From contig NIVC01001341.1 of the NCBI GenBank assembly GCA_002269645.1, positions 1-64,000 of the forward strand: DNA of 64,000 bases, given 5' to 3'. The notes beneath the pieces were generated by a model, which did no database searches, was not told the origin of the DNA, and saw only the letters and a program-made list of their open reading frames with translations. Below are positions 49,074-61,609 of this stretch, in pieces. Within the stretch, counting starts at the first letter, position 1. Each line of letters begins with the position of its first letter. A program made the translations under genes and the position numbers. This DNA comes from Macrostomum lignano (taxonomy: Eukaryota).

Positions 49074-52000
49074 TTATGCATCAGACTGCTGACGTCTTTG
49101 GCCAGTTCGCCTACTGTTGAATTCAATGAGCTGATCAGCCAAGCTGCAGGCCTCCTGCAGGGTGTTGACGATCAGGACGGCGGCATCCTGCAAGTGGATA
49201 TGATCGGTTCTGTAATAGAAACTTATAGCGTCAAGTTGAGCTACAAGCTTGCAAAGCTACGAGCGTCATAGCTACGAGCTTAAAGTGGAGCTACGTACGA
49301 GCCTTATAGCTGCGAGCTTGTGGAGCCACGAGCCTTATAGCTGCGAGCTTGTGGAGCCACGAGCCTTATAGCTGCGAGCTTGTGGAGCCACGAGCCTTAT
49401 AGCTGCGAGCTTGTGGAGCCACGAGCCTTATAGCTGCGAGCTTGTGGAGCCACGAGCCTTATAGCTGCGAGCTTGTGGAGCTACGAGCTTATGAAGCTAC
49501 AAGCTTGTGGAGCTACGAACCTCGTAGCTACAAGCTTGTGGAGCTACGAGCTTATGAAGCTACAAGCTTGTGGAGCTACGAACCTCGTAGCTACAAGCTT
49601 GTGGAACTACGAGCTTATGAAGCTACAAGCTTGTGGAGCTACGAACCTCGTAGCTACAAGCTTGTGGAGCTACGAGCTTATGAAGCTACAAGCTTGTGGA
49701 GCTACGAACCTCGTAGCTACAAGCTTGTGGAACTACGAGTTTATGAAGCTACAAGCTTGTGGAGCTACGAGCTTATGAAGCTACGAGCTTGTGAAGCTAC
49801 GAGCCTCATTGCTACGAGCTTGTAAAGCTACGAGTTTGTGAAGCTACAAGCTTGTGGAGCTAACCTGAAAAGCTACAAAAATATCCCACAGAAACTGCAT
49901 CGAGAATAAAAGTTATTAGGAAAACGGCAAACTCACTCCAGAGTGGGAGGCAAAGCAGTGGCAGTAGTGAGTGCCACTAGAGCTGTCCCTGATAATGTAG
50001 GCAAAGTTCGATCTGAGCGAGCTGTCCTGACTGACAAAATAGATGTCGGTGATTCTGTGCTCAGTGATTACCATCTGCAAGGTTGGATGTTCTTAGTAGT
50101 AGTATAATTGGTGAAGATTTCTGTTGAGCAGCTTCATAAAGCTAACGAATAACCAGGGTGGCTATTCCCATAAACATCCTATCTGAAGCTCTTCGTTACA
50201 AAAACCTTGCTAGCGATGAAATCCAGTCCGTTAAGTCTTCCCTCACCTCGTTGTCCGGATTGACAAACTTCACGCCCAAGCAGCTGATCGACAAGCTGAT
50301 CTGCGGCAATTTCAATATATCGGCACTTTTGCATCGAAAATGGTGCATGTGACACTCGGCCTCGCCTCTGTCTGTGTGGTCCTTGACCGGGCGAAAGCCG
50401 AGATACTGGGAATGAAATGGTAGTAAACGAGTAATGGGAATGAAACCATTTTTGGATTGTTAAAAACTTTGAAAAATGTGAAACTTATTTTAAGCAGCGT
50501 AAAGCTTAGATAACCTTATAAGCTAATGGGAAGGATTTCGGATGCCTAAAGTATTTTGACGTCGATTTTAGGTTTAGGTATATTAAATAATATATATTTT
50601 ATATTAATATTAAACCTAAATAAGTTTAGGTATTGAGGTGCTTGGCCGCATGACCTTTATGTATTTTTATATGATGAATTTAAGGCATTGTGACGCTTAG
50701 GTATTGTGGCGTTTAGGCATTGTGACGCTTAGGTATTGTGGCGTTTAGGCATTGTGACGTTAGGCATTGAAACGTTTAGGCAACTGTGACTTTTTGGCAT
50801 TAAACTGACTTTTAGGTATTAAAGTGACATTTAGGCATTGTTACGTTTAGGTATTGCGACGCTTAGGTTTGACATTTAGGCATTATTAAGTTTAGGCATT
50901 GTTGACGTTTAGGCATTGTGACGTTTAGGCATTGAGACGTCCAGGCATTGTGACGCTTAGGTGCGGCATTTAGGCATTTCGAAATTTAAGCATTTTGACG
51001 TTTAGGCATTAAAGTGACGTTTAGGTATTGAGACGCTTCGACGATTAAAAATATCACAACCGGAAATTTTAGTGCATTCATTAATGCTTGGGAAGCCTCC
51101 CCCCATTGTCGCTAAGAATCTTCACAGCACAGCACTGACTCACCGACACAGCATAGGCTACTCGACCACCAAGTAGCACCTGCGGGTGATGCGGCCACCC
51201 CGGCTTCACTTCAGGCTTGAACGCCGATTTCCGATGATCCAATTGTTTCATCGAACTTTCTTTTTTTCGTTTTTGACGTTTTCGGTGAATCTGCAACGTC
51301 TGATTCGGCTGCTTGTTGGTTTCTTGAGGTAGCGACTGTTGAGTTCTGGATGCTGGATATTTGGAGTCTATTGTTCGATCCAACGAGTTGGAATTGTTAT
51401 AAGACACTCTGTTACCATGCTGTTGTTGTTGTTGTTGCTGTTGTTGGCATAGCAGCAGATTAGGACTCGATCGGAGACTTAATCGACTCAAACAGCGCAG
51501 AATACGACGCCTGTGACCCAGCTGATGGATTTGATACTTCTGAAGGAGCAATTTACAATATTATTATTGTGTCGGTTCTGTAAGAATTAGTTTTTTTGCA
51601 AAACCTACCAAATTCAATTCTCTGTCCGTTACACCAGCAAGGCAGTCAACCAGACAGTGACGGAGCTCTTTGAACTCGGCTGCCAGATGCTGTTGAAGGC
51701 ACAACCGTTGCAGGAATGTCTCCACAGTGGCAGATGCGGACAGGGAAGCTGCGACTGTTGTTGAGAATTGAGTAGTGCTGGTTTTTGTGTGTCTTTGTGC
51801 TTGTCTGCTTCTGCCTTAGTGTCAGTCTTAAACTGTTAAGGACATTGTTTGAAAATGTGTATAGTCCTTGTGTCTGTCTTGTTATTTTGTTTAGCCTGCA
51901 GGTGTGTCAACTATAAATACTTGTACGCCTCACCAGTCTGAATCCCTTTCGGCAAGTCGAGCACAGCGACCAGGATGTGCCTCCGTTGGCCGGGACACAA

Positions 52001-53003
52001 GATCCCCATTTCCTGTAAATCTTCCTCCGTGATTACGTCATTCTGTAAAAAATCAGAAGACTAATTAATTTAAAGCATTTTTAAAAAGCCTCTGAGTAAG
52101 TGATTTACTTACAATGAAGCTGGCACAGTCAAATCCAAAATTTAGCAGCACTGGCACCGTCTCTTCAAGCCGGTTCAGAGTTGCCCAGTCTTCCAAGCTG
52201 ACCAGAAAGTCGATTAGAGCAGCCGCTACTGATGCTCGAGCAGCTTCGCTTGCTCTGCTGTTAAACTCGGACTCGAGACAAGAATTTCTGGGGTTTAAGT
52301 TAGCAAATTCGGACAAAGGAGAAGCATCATCTCGGGAGGCCGATATGGACAAGTCGGACTGGCGTTTAAGGCTGAGCTGCTGGTGCTGTTGCTGATGCTG
52401 GAGCAGTGAGATCCAAGACGATCGATTTGGGTCCATCGATGCCAGGATGGAGTCAATCTGTGAATTTTGGTAAAAGATCGAGTGGTTTTTTATAAGACTG
52501 AGGGAGTGACCCACTGTTAAATGAAGGAGTGACCCACTCTCCCTCAGATGGGAGCTGAGGGAGTGACAGAGTGATAGATGGGAGCTGAGGGAGTGACAGA
52601 GTGATAGATGGGAGCTGAGGGAGTGATAGAGTGATAGATGGGAGCTGAGGGAGTGATAGAGTGATAGATGGGAGCTGAGGGAGTGATAGAGTGATAGATG
52701 GGAGCTGAGGGAGTGACAGAGTGATAGATGGGAGCTGAGGGAGTGACAGAGTGATAGATGGGAGCTGAGGGAGTGATAGAGTGATAGATGGGAGCTGAGG
52801 GAGTGATAGAGTGATAGATGGGAGCTGAGGGAGTGATAGAGTGATAGATGGGGATCTGAAAGAAGAATGGACTAACAGCATTGTAGAACTAAGGCACCGA
52901 CTAAACCTTAGACAAAAATACGTGTAGTGTTTTGAAAAAAATGTAAATAAAACTTTACTATGAAACGGTGACTCACCTCTGCCCAAACGGTCGATCGGTC
53001 CAT
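49074..53003 (-). CDS. ANKS1/AIDA-1-like SAM-SAM-PTB adaptor without ankyrin repeats (~477 aa); coding exons 53003-52977, 52457-52113, 52042-51934, 51754-51609, 51539-51144, 50405-50247, 50074-49937, 49187-49074
   Basis: WAEIDSILASM; SAM1 (LLNFGFD..ITEEDLQEMGILCPGQRRHIL); SAM2 (LGHRRRILRCL); PTB (WPHHPQVL..YLG..LPQISLSISCLGVKFV..FAYIIRD..HYCHCF). All seven junctions are GT/AG and phase-consistent. Confidence 0.85.
49250..49860. repeat. 31-bp then ~60-bp related minisatellite, last intron of the SAM-PTB gene
   Basis: GAGCTTGTGGAGC core. Confidence 0.9.
50680..51030. repeat. Degenerate ~20-bp minisatellite
   Basis: TTAGGCATTGTGACG motif. Confidence 0.8.
52545..52855. repeat. 30-bp minisatellite in the first coding intron of the SAM-PTB gene
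   Basis: Unit GATGGGAGCTGAGGGAGTGATAGAGTGATA. Confidence 0.93.
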
Positions 53004-53599
53004 GCCAGTTAATCTTACAATTTTCTGGCTCACGACTTGAAATCAGGATCAAACGCGGCACTTTATTAACTGAGAGAGAGAGAGAGGCCCTGCAGATCTT
53101 TTATACACAGCTATATAGCTATTCAAAGGGTTTCAAGAGTCGAGTTTTCAAGAATCGCTGGACCGGCCAACGGTTGCTTGTCGAGCGCGTTCGTCGAAAA
53201 AAAAAACTGCACAAACTCGAATCTCTCTGCCCTGTGTGCGTGACAAACTCTCTCTCTCTCCTCTCCTCTCTCCTCTGCTCTCTCCTCTATCCAGTTAGCT
53301 AGAATCGCTTGTTATGTAAGTATAAATAGCCTATACTATACTAGTTATAGATAGATAGATTTACAGAGTAATTATGTTTGTACAACAATGCAATTAATTA
53401 TAAGAACGACTTTAGAGATGAAAAGCTCTAAAATAAGTTAGCATTCATGCTGAGCTGTTGCGTAATAGTTATGAGCAGAGAATTAGTAAAGCTTGGAACA
53501 GAATATCTCATGCTTAGCGTCATGAATAACAAGCGATAGAGATATGAGGAGTGAGAAAGATATTCTTCTCTGACGGGTTTCATTAATTTTTCGTTTGCT

Positions 53600-54555
53600 C
53601 TGACTGAGGACAGTGACAGACTGGGAACTGAGGACAGTGACAGACTGGGAACTGATGGGAGTGACAGACTGAGAACTGAGGACAGTGACAGACTGAGAAC
53701 TGATGGGAGTGTCAGACTGAGAACTGAGGGGAGTGACAGAGTGGGAACTGAGGACAGTGACAGACTGGGAACTGATGGGAGTGACAGACTGAGAACTGAT
53801 GGGAGTGACAGACTGAGAACTGAGGACAGTGACAGACTGAGAACTGATGGGAGTGTCAGACTGAGAACTGAGGGGAGTGACAGACTGAGAACTGAGGACA
53901 GTGACAGACTGGGAACTGATGGGAGTGACAGACTGAGAACTGATGGGAGTGACAGACTGAGAACTGAGGACAGTGACAGACTGAGAACTGATGGGAGTGT
54001 CAGACTGAGAACTGAGGGGAGTGACAGAGTGGGAACTGAGGACAGTGACAGAGTGGGAACTGAGGACAGTGACAGACTGAGAACTGAGGACAGACTGGGA
54101 ACTGAGGACAGTGACAGACTGAGAACTGAGGACAGTGACAGACTGGGAACTGAGGACAGTGACAGACTGAGAACTGAGGACAGTGACAGACTGGGAACTG
54201 AGGACAGTGACAGACTGAGAACTGAGGACAGTGACAGACTGAGAACTGAGGACAGTGACAGACTGGGAACTGAGGACAGTGACAGACTGGGAACTGAGGA
54301 CAGTGACAGACTGGGAACTGAGGACAGTGACAGACTGAGAACTGAGGACAGTGACAGACTGAGAACTGAGGACAGTGACAGACTGGGAACTGAGGACAGT
54401 GACAGACTGGGAACTGAGGGCAGTGACAGACTGGGAACTGAGGACAGTGACAGACTGGGAACTGAGGGCAGTGACAGACTGGGAATTGAGGGCAGTGACA
54501 GACTGGGAACTGAGGACAGTGACAGACTGGGAACTGAGGACAGTGACAGACTGGA
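53600..54555. repeat. 24-bp minisatellite
   Basis: Unit GACAGTGACAGACTGGGAACTGAG. Confidence 0.95.
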
Positions 54556-55189
54556 CACCTGTTTACTCTGCAAACTAAATTAGCTAGGTGATCTGAAGTT
54601 GATTCGAAAGGCTTTCGATATAAACTTAGAAAAATACATTACGCTAGAGAACGGGGCTAGCAGAATTAATACTCATTAGAACAAGAAAGTATTTTTTACA
54701 TGTACATTGATAGGAAACTTGTTGGCTGCATTTAAGGAAGTTCAGTAGGCTGCATAAGGACGTGCATGTTGTCAGTGTAAGGAATTCCTATAATATAGTG
54801 GCACAAAAATGCATATTTCAAACGCACGCCTCACTAGCATACCCCAACAGATTGAAACAAGAAAATATTTAAAAAAAAGAATATTTAACTACACCACCAA
54901 CTGTTTAGTTGCAACTGCTTGGATCTGCGCACTAAGCATCTACTGCAGATGCAACTTATTTCATTGCTTAACCAAGCTTCACTTCACTTTCACAAAAAAT
55001 AAATGCATTTTTGTTGCCACAGAAAATTTCTGCCGTTTTGTCTGAAGGCACTGCAGATCTTGTACAGAATTTCAGGCTAAATTAACTATCCAATTCCATG
55101 TGTGCTGCTTTCAGCTAATGGGCAAATATAATACATTCTAAGGCTGCTTTGTAACCTATTGCAATAGCACTCTTCTGAGTACTGGAGAA

Positions 55190-55790
55190 GTGACAGACTG
55201 GAAGCTGAGTGATAGACTGGGAGAGTGATAGACTGGGAACTGAGAGAGTGATAGATTGGGAACTGAGAGAGTGATAGACTGGGAACTGAGAGAGTGATAG
55301 ACTGGGAACTGAGAGAGTGATAGACTGGGAACTGAGAGAGTGATAGACTGGGAACTGAGAGAGTGATAGACTGGGAACTGAGAGAGTGATAGACTGGGAA
55401 CTGAGAGATTGATAGACTGGGAACTGAGAGAGTGATAGACTGGGAACTGAGAGAGTGATAGACTGGGAACTGAGAGAGTGATAGACTGGGAACTGAGAGA
55501 GTGATAGACTGGGAACTGAGAGAGTGATAGACTGGGAACTGAGAGAGTGATAGACTGGGAACTGAGAGAGTGATAGACTGGGAACTGAGAGAGTGATAGA
55601 CTGGGAACTGAGAGAGTGATAGACTGGGAACTGAGAGAGTGATAGACTGGGAACTGAGAGAGTGACAGACTGGGAACTGAGAGAGTGACAGACTGGGAAC
55701 TGAAGAAGTGACAGAATGGGAGCGTAAAGGAGTGACAGACTGGGAGCGTAAGGAGTGACAGACTGGGAGTGTACGGAGTGACAGACTGCA
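55190..55790. repeat. 23-bp minisatellite
   Basis: Unit GACTGGGAACTGAGAGAGTGATA. Confidence 0.95.
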
Positions 55791-56064
55791 AACTGGATGC
55801 TATCTGATACTTTGCGGTTCTTCTGTTCTCAAGTTAAATGCAATTAAGTTTAGCGTGTTTTTTACTGCATCTTACATGGCCGTAGAGCTCAGGTGTTTAT
55901 GTACTTTAAATTTTGTACGCTCGTATGATATGCAATTGTATTCATAAAAACATATTTCACATTTAGCTACATGTAGTTGTGTATCATAATTCACTATTGT
56001 CGATCTGCATGTGTCCCCCTTAACCTATTGACTTGTTATTCAAATCTAGACATTTTGCTTCAGG

Positions 56065-56545
56065 GCGCCAAAATGTCGAGTGACTGCGGCGCCAAAATGA
56101 GTGCCTGAGTGCCTGTGGCGCCATGAAAATTAGTGTTTAAGTGCCTGTGGCGCCAAAATGAGTGCCTGAGTGTCTATGGCGTCATGAAAATGAGTGCCTA
56201 AGTGACTGCGGCGCCAAAATGAGTGCCTGAGTGCCTGTGGCGCCATGAAAATTAGTGTTTAAGTGCCTGTGGCGCCAAAATGAGTGCTTGAGTGCCTGTG
56301 GCGCCATGAAAATGAATGCCTAAGTGACTGCGGCGCCAAAATGAGTGCCTGAGTGCCTGTGGCGCCATGAAAATTAGTGTTTAAGTGCCTGTGGCGCCAA
56401 AATGAGTGCCTGAGTGTCTATGGCGTCATGAAAATGAGTGCCTAAGTGACTGCGGCGCCAAAATGAGTGCCTAAGTGCCTGTAGCTAGCGCCAAAATGAG
56501 TGTCTGCGGCGCTAAACTGCATGCATGAGTGCCTACTGCGGCGCC
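56065..56545. repeat. GGCGCC-core minisatellite with higher-order structure
   Basis: GGCGCCAAAATGAGTGCCTGAGTGCCTGT variants. Confidence 0.9.
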
Positions 56546-58475
56546 TCAGCTAAATAAATTATAAAATTGCCTATGCATGTATCCAATAGCCATACCTAAT
56601 TAGCATTTAGGTAATTAGCATACTTGTATAAAGTTTGGCACGTGTTCAACCAGTTTGAAACGGATCGAACTGTGCATAATATAATACTCGTATGCATAAT
56701 AGATTGTTCCCTGAGAGCCGTGGCATGCTAAGCAGAGCATGGTTTCTCGTGTAGGAGGCTGGTGCGTTCGGCTACAGTTTATACCCACGCTTTGCGGTCT
56801 TTAAGTATACAATATGCAATCCTGCAAGTTGTTTCAAGGTCAACATTCATTTTAGCTACATGTGTATACACAGTGCTTTAGTATCGTATAACACATATTT
56901 ATTCATACATTGGCATGTAACCCCTTGGCATTCAGTATTACTTGATTGTTTACATTGAATGCAACGGTTCTGTGCTTATAGTTTTGACTTGACTTTTATA
57001 ATTTAGGTCTGGTATTAAATGTAGGTCTTGTGAAATTTAGTTCTCATGAAGTTTTAGGCCTTGTGTGAAAGTTAGGTCCTGTAAAATTTAGGTGTTGTGA
57101 AATTTAGGTCTCATGAAGTTTAGGTTTTGTGATGAAATTTAGGTCTTGTTTCTTGTAAAATTTACGTCTTATGAAACTTAGATTTTGAGAAAATTTAGTA
57201 GGTCCGAAAAACACGTCATTCAAACAGCTATAATGAAAATAATAGTTACCAGTAAATATAAGTAAGATAGTCGTGTATTTATTTATTTTTCTCAAAAATG
57301 CAGAAAATTGTGATAATTTATAAAAAATATGAAACATTTCAGAACTACAAGGACACTGTAAAGTCACAAGGATTAAAAGTATTATTGAAATTATTTTTGT
57401 TATAAAAGACTGTACGTAGCCATTTCTCATTAGATTGGAAATAATTATCCATTATTAGAGAACTTCATCTGGATGCATTCCACCAAAAAAGGATTTTTAC
57501 ATCTTGTTTTTGGATATCAAACTTTTTAAACAGTAAAACAGTGATTCCATAAATTAAATAAACAATTAATAAAAAATAAAAACCGATTCAACGGTCTACA
57601 ATCATTATACGAGTAGCTAAAGTACAAATTGTTATTCAACTCTGTATATCAAAATAGCATTATAAAATGGCGTTTAAAAAAACAAAGTTCCGTTAGCTAG
57701 CTAGATACCGGTAAATTTAGAAATCGAATCCTAAAGTTGCTACTTTAACTAGTCAATGCTTATATTATATAATAGTATAAAAATAAAAAAATTTAGCTAG
57801 TAGTCATTTAAAAAAGACTAAATTTAATATCGAAAACTTGCGAATAAGGCATTTTTTAAAACTAATCGAAATGTCCTTGTTGATAAAACGCGTTAGCTTA
57901 GCGTCTTTTTTTCCAAGAAACGCTCGAAGTATCTTGATCGTCTCTCGTTTTACAGTTCTACAGTTGTAGCGAACTAGCTATACGAGTATTTTGGTAATTG
58001 TGCAAAATGATAAAATCGTGCTTTAATAATCATCTAAATAAAACTTAATAGAAACATATCGTTGCTTATAATTATAAAGGTTATTTTAATTACGAGCGTA
58101 TAAAGCTACTTAACAACACTCAACAAAAATGTCGACATCATCCAATACGGATTTTAAAATTGCAGCTAATTTTTGCATCCTTGTACATCAGTTGTGCACT
58201 TTGACCCTAGTGAAAATAGAACTATAATTATTATTTGTTAATTCTATGTATATATCTCTCGATCTATATCTAAATGGGTGTTAACAAAAAGTGCCCTGAT
58301 GGCGTTGGTTGGACACTTAAGAAACTAACAATGGTCGACTGTTATCTTAGAGTTACAAAAGCATGAACGATACTATTTTCTTCGTCAGCTGATCTTTTAA
58401 CTACTGAGCTACCACCTGGGGGGACAACTCACTTTAAGCCAATTAAAATCGTTCGAAATCTCATCCGATCAAGAC

Positions 58476-59900
58476 TTAGTCTTCTTCATCGTCAGCATCC
58501 TCATCTTCATCTTCTTCCTCATCATTATCATTCTTCACATCTTGCTGGCCCTCCGGATCTCCCATGTCTTTGTCCGCAGCTTCCAATTCATCATCGTCCA
58601 GATTTTCCGAATCTGTCAGCCAGAACGCAAACCTCACCAGATAGCGAAGGCGGATTCGAGATTCGTCGACACGACATACTCCGAATAGCGCGAATGCCAA
58701 TCGGTGCAGCCGCTGAAAGCGCCTCGACGATACCGCCGACCCCACGGTGGAGTTGGTCGGCCAAGGTCGCCAAGAGGAACGACAACTGCAACTTTGTCAC
58801 CAGTGCCGGACTTTGGCAGCTGCTGAAGCAGCAGTTGAACGTCGCCGTCTGCTGATGGCGACTGTTGGCCAACGACCGTTACAACCGGCCGGTCCTCGTT
58901 TTCAACGTCGGTCTTGGTCGTCTTAGTCGTTTGTCGGTCTGGCGCCACATTAATAAATAAAACTTCAAGTAGTACAGCTTTTTTCTATACTAAAATCAGA
59001 AAACTTACAAATGAAAATGTGCCTAGATCGTGTGCCTAAATCATGTGTCTAGATCGTGTGCCTAGATCGTGTGCCTAGATCGTGTGCCTAGATCATGTGC
59101 CTAGATCGATGCCTAGATCGATGACTAGATCGATGCCTAGATCGTGTGCCTAGATCGATGCCTAGATCGTGTGCCTAGAGCCTTGATGGATGCTGGATCG
59201 ATATACGAATATAAATGTAGACCAATATATTGTCTAGTTTTCACGACCGTACGTCTTTTAAAAAACACTTTTTACGTTTTCTTCTGCGACACCTCTTTAA
59301 TAGGAGGGTTTAAAAGAAACTTCATAAAGCACTTTCCTAAGACTCTTCTCAATAAAGCTCCTAGTTCTTGAAACACTTCCTAGGACACGTCCTAAGTTCT
59401 TAAAACAATACCTTGAGACGCTTATTTGGATCACTTTCCTAAGACACTCCCTGAAGACACTTTCCTAGAAGACTTGCTTAAAGAACTTCCTGGGAACACA
59501 ATTCCTTGAGACCAATCAACCAGCTAATCCTACCTCGACCTCGTCTCCAGTCTCGACGTCCATCAGACTGCCCGACGGCCAGACCTCATGAGCGTCCGTG
59601 GTGTCCACCTCCGCTAGCAGCGCAAACAGCTGATTGTCCCGTCCGCGAACGCCGCCAGCAGCTTCGCGTCGACAGTAGGCGGCGCTCTTGGCAAAGACGT
59701 CGGCAAAATAGATGCCACGGCCGCGGACTCGACCGACCCTGGAGACCGACGGCGGCGCTAGCAGGAAACCGTCGCGCAGCATCCGGTGGCGATGAGATGT
59801 TGATGCCGGTTTTGAAGGCAGCTCGACAATCTGCTGGGTGCGTGCACCCAATTCGTAGATGCCAGACACGTAGACGCTTGGCTGTTGAGTTCGCATGTAC
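58476..59900 (-). pseudogene. PARP catalytic-domain gene (PARP1/2/3-like), two exons (~59900-59536 and ~58940-58476), damaged
   Basis: LRDGFLLAPP, GRGIYFADVFAKSAAYC, LLAEV, VVPLG, YSEYVV then a shifted frame DESRIRLRYLVRF. WHG motif absent. Acceptor TTTTACTAACAG at 59901. Junction between the exons not resolved. Confidence 0.75.
59025..59180. repeat. ~13-15 bp GCCTAGATCG repeat in the PARP intron
   Basis: Direct reading. Confidence 0.85.
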
Positions 59901-60331
59901 CTGTTAGTAAAATGCTCTTGTACCTACTAAATCCGGAGAGTAGCTCAGTGGGTAACGCGTCCAATTCTGGCGTAACCAAGGCACAGAGTACATGTACGTG
60001 TAACTTCCAGAGTTGCAAACAAGTTCGCACGCACTCAATCACCTACGTACCTCTCGGCCCACCGACGTTTTCAGGCCCGAGAACCTCTGCCAGCTCGTCC
60101 ACTACCTAAGGGCTACCGGGCGAGCGACCATCCACCTCCTGGACTCTACGGAGGGGGGGCCACGCTAACCACACTGCGTCAATCAGCTGCCTGTGGTTGC
60201 CAGGGGTTAGCGGAATGGGCGTCAACGCCTCCCTGCTGTATCCGGATGCCCGGAATGATGAAAGTAAGTCAGCCTAATCAATCACGTATTGGAGTAACAT
60301 GAGACCTCACAGAGTGCATGGATATCTACCG

Positions 60332-60639
60332 GTATAATAATGATAATAATAACAATAATTGATTACACCTGTCTCAATGGCCAGATGCGCAACCGACAGC
60401 TCAGCCGCAGCTATTGTGCGGCACATCTGAAGGCTGTTCAGTCTAAGGACTGAGGGTCGCCACACACACCCTCAATTACTCCAGCTAAAGCTGGCACCCA
60501 TTTTACAGCTGGGTGAACTGAAGCAATGCAGAGTTAAGTGTCTTGCTTAAGGTCGCAAATTGTTCCGAGTGGATCGAGAATCGAACCCCTGACCTTTCAG
60601 TCGTGAGTTCGACACTCTGATCACTAGGCTACAGCCCCT
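60332..60639 (-). mobile_element. tRNA-derived SINE with CORE-like domain (copy 2) and (TTA)n tail
   Basis: tRNA-like head, then CCTTAAGCAAGACACTTAAC..CAGTTCACCCAGCTGTAAAATGGG resembling the CORE consensus; simple-repeat tail at 60332-60360. Confidence 0.8.
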
Positions 60640-61609
60640 TCATGAGATATTAAACTACCAACAACAACATTAAGTCACAGTTTTCCGTAGTCTAAAGATA
60701 TAAGTTACATGTAACTGATAATTCAACAAGGTAATTTTGCTATTCATTCAAATCTATAAAGCACCTTGCAAAAAACAGGCTTTTATCGAAATTGGCTGAT
60801 TTTTCAAAACTATACATATAATTATACAAAGTATAATTAACTACCAGCTAACGCCAATTAGCATTCCAACATCAAACTTCAGCAATATGTATGAACACAC
60901 AAAATTCGTTTTTCAAAGAATACGGCAAATTAATATAGAGGCTACTAACTTGCATGCATATTACTATTCAGCTCCTTAATTCCCTTGCAATTCAGAGTAA
61001 TTATAAATTCAATTAATTTCCAATGCTTCGTAACATACATGTATGGATGCTCTACAGTTGGAAGACATACTTGCAAGTATGTAGATACAGAAATTTCTTT
61101 CTTTCGGCAGCTAATACAAAAAGTCGTCAACCTTGTAGAAATGCAATTCCGAGAAAAAAATGCTGGGAAAAAAACCAGTAGACCAGTAGACTCGATCCTT
61201 GTATAGGCTGCTTTCTCAGGCCGAAAGGAGCCGCGCAGTATCCCCTGGGGAAGCTCACAAGGCTTATTGAGTCTCTTGAAGTGGCTGCTTTGCTGCCATT
61301 CCTTATATTGTAGAATACAGAGATAAGAATTGGCCCTGGGTTTTCCGCAGATCGCGGAGAAAAGGATCAAGAGGAAATGTGTTTTTTGAATTTCCTAACA
61401 GCGGCCGGAGACATTGACGAAACATGAGACTTGCAGAGTTACTTAAAGAGGCTTGATCAAGTGTAAGTGAAAAAATTACTGAATATTTCATACAGTATAT
61501 GCTTTTCGGGAATATCATATCTTATCGCTTTTTCCCAAGATAAAATTTTGCAGAGAAGTAGGCCACACACTGGCAAACAAAGTTTGAATATTTGAAGAGT
61601 CAAACTGGG

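Noticed and set aside
53428-55791. Ser/Leu-rich and GTEDSDRL repeat ORFs
   Set aside because: 24-bp and 23-bp minisatellites with no splice or homology support.
59950-60260. GC-rich segment possibly from a LINE 3' end
   Set aside because: Stops in the candidate frame and no diagnostic RT or endonuclease motif; cannot assign.
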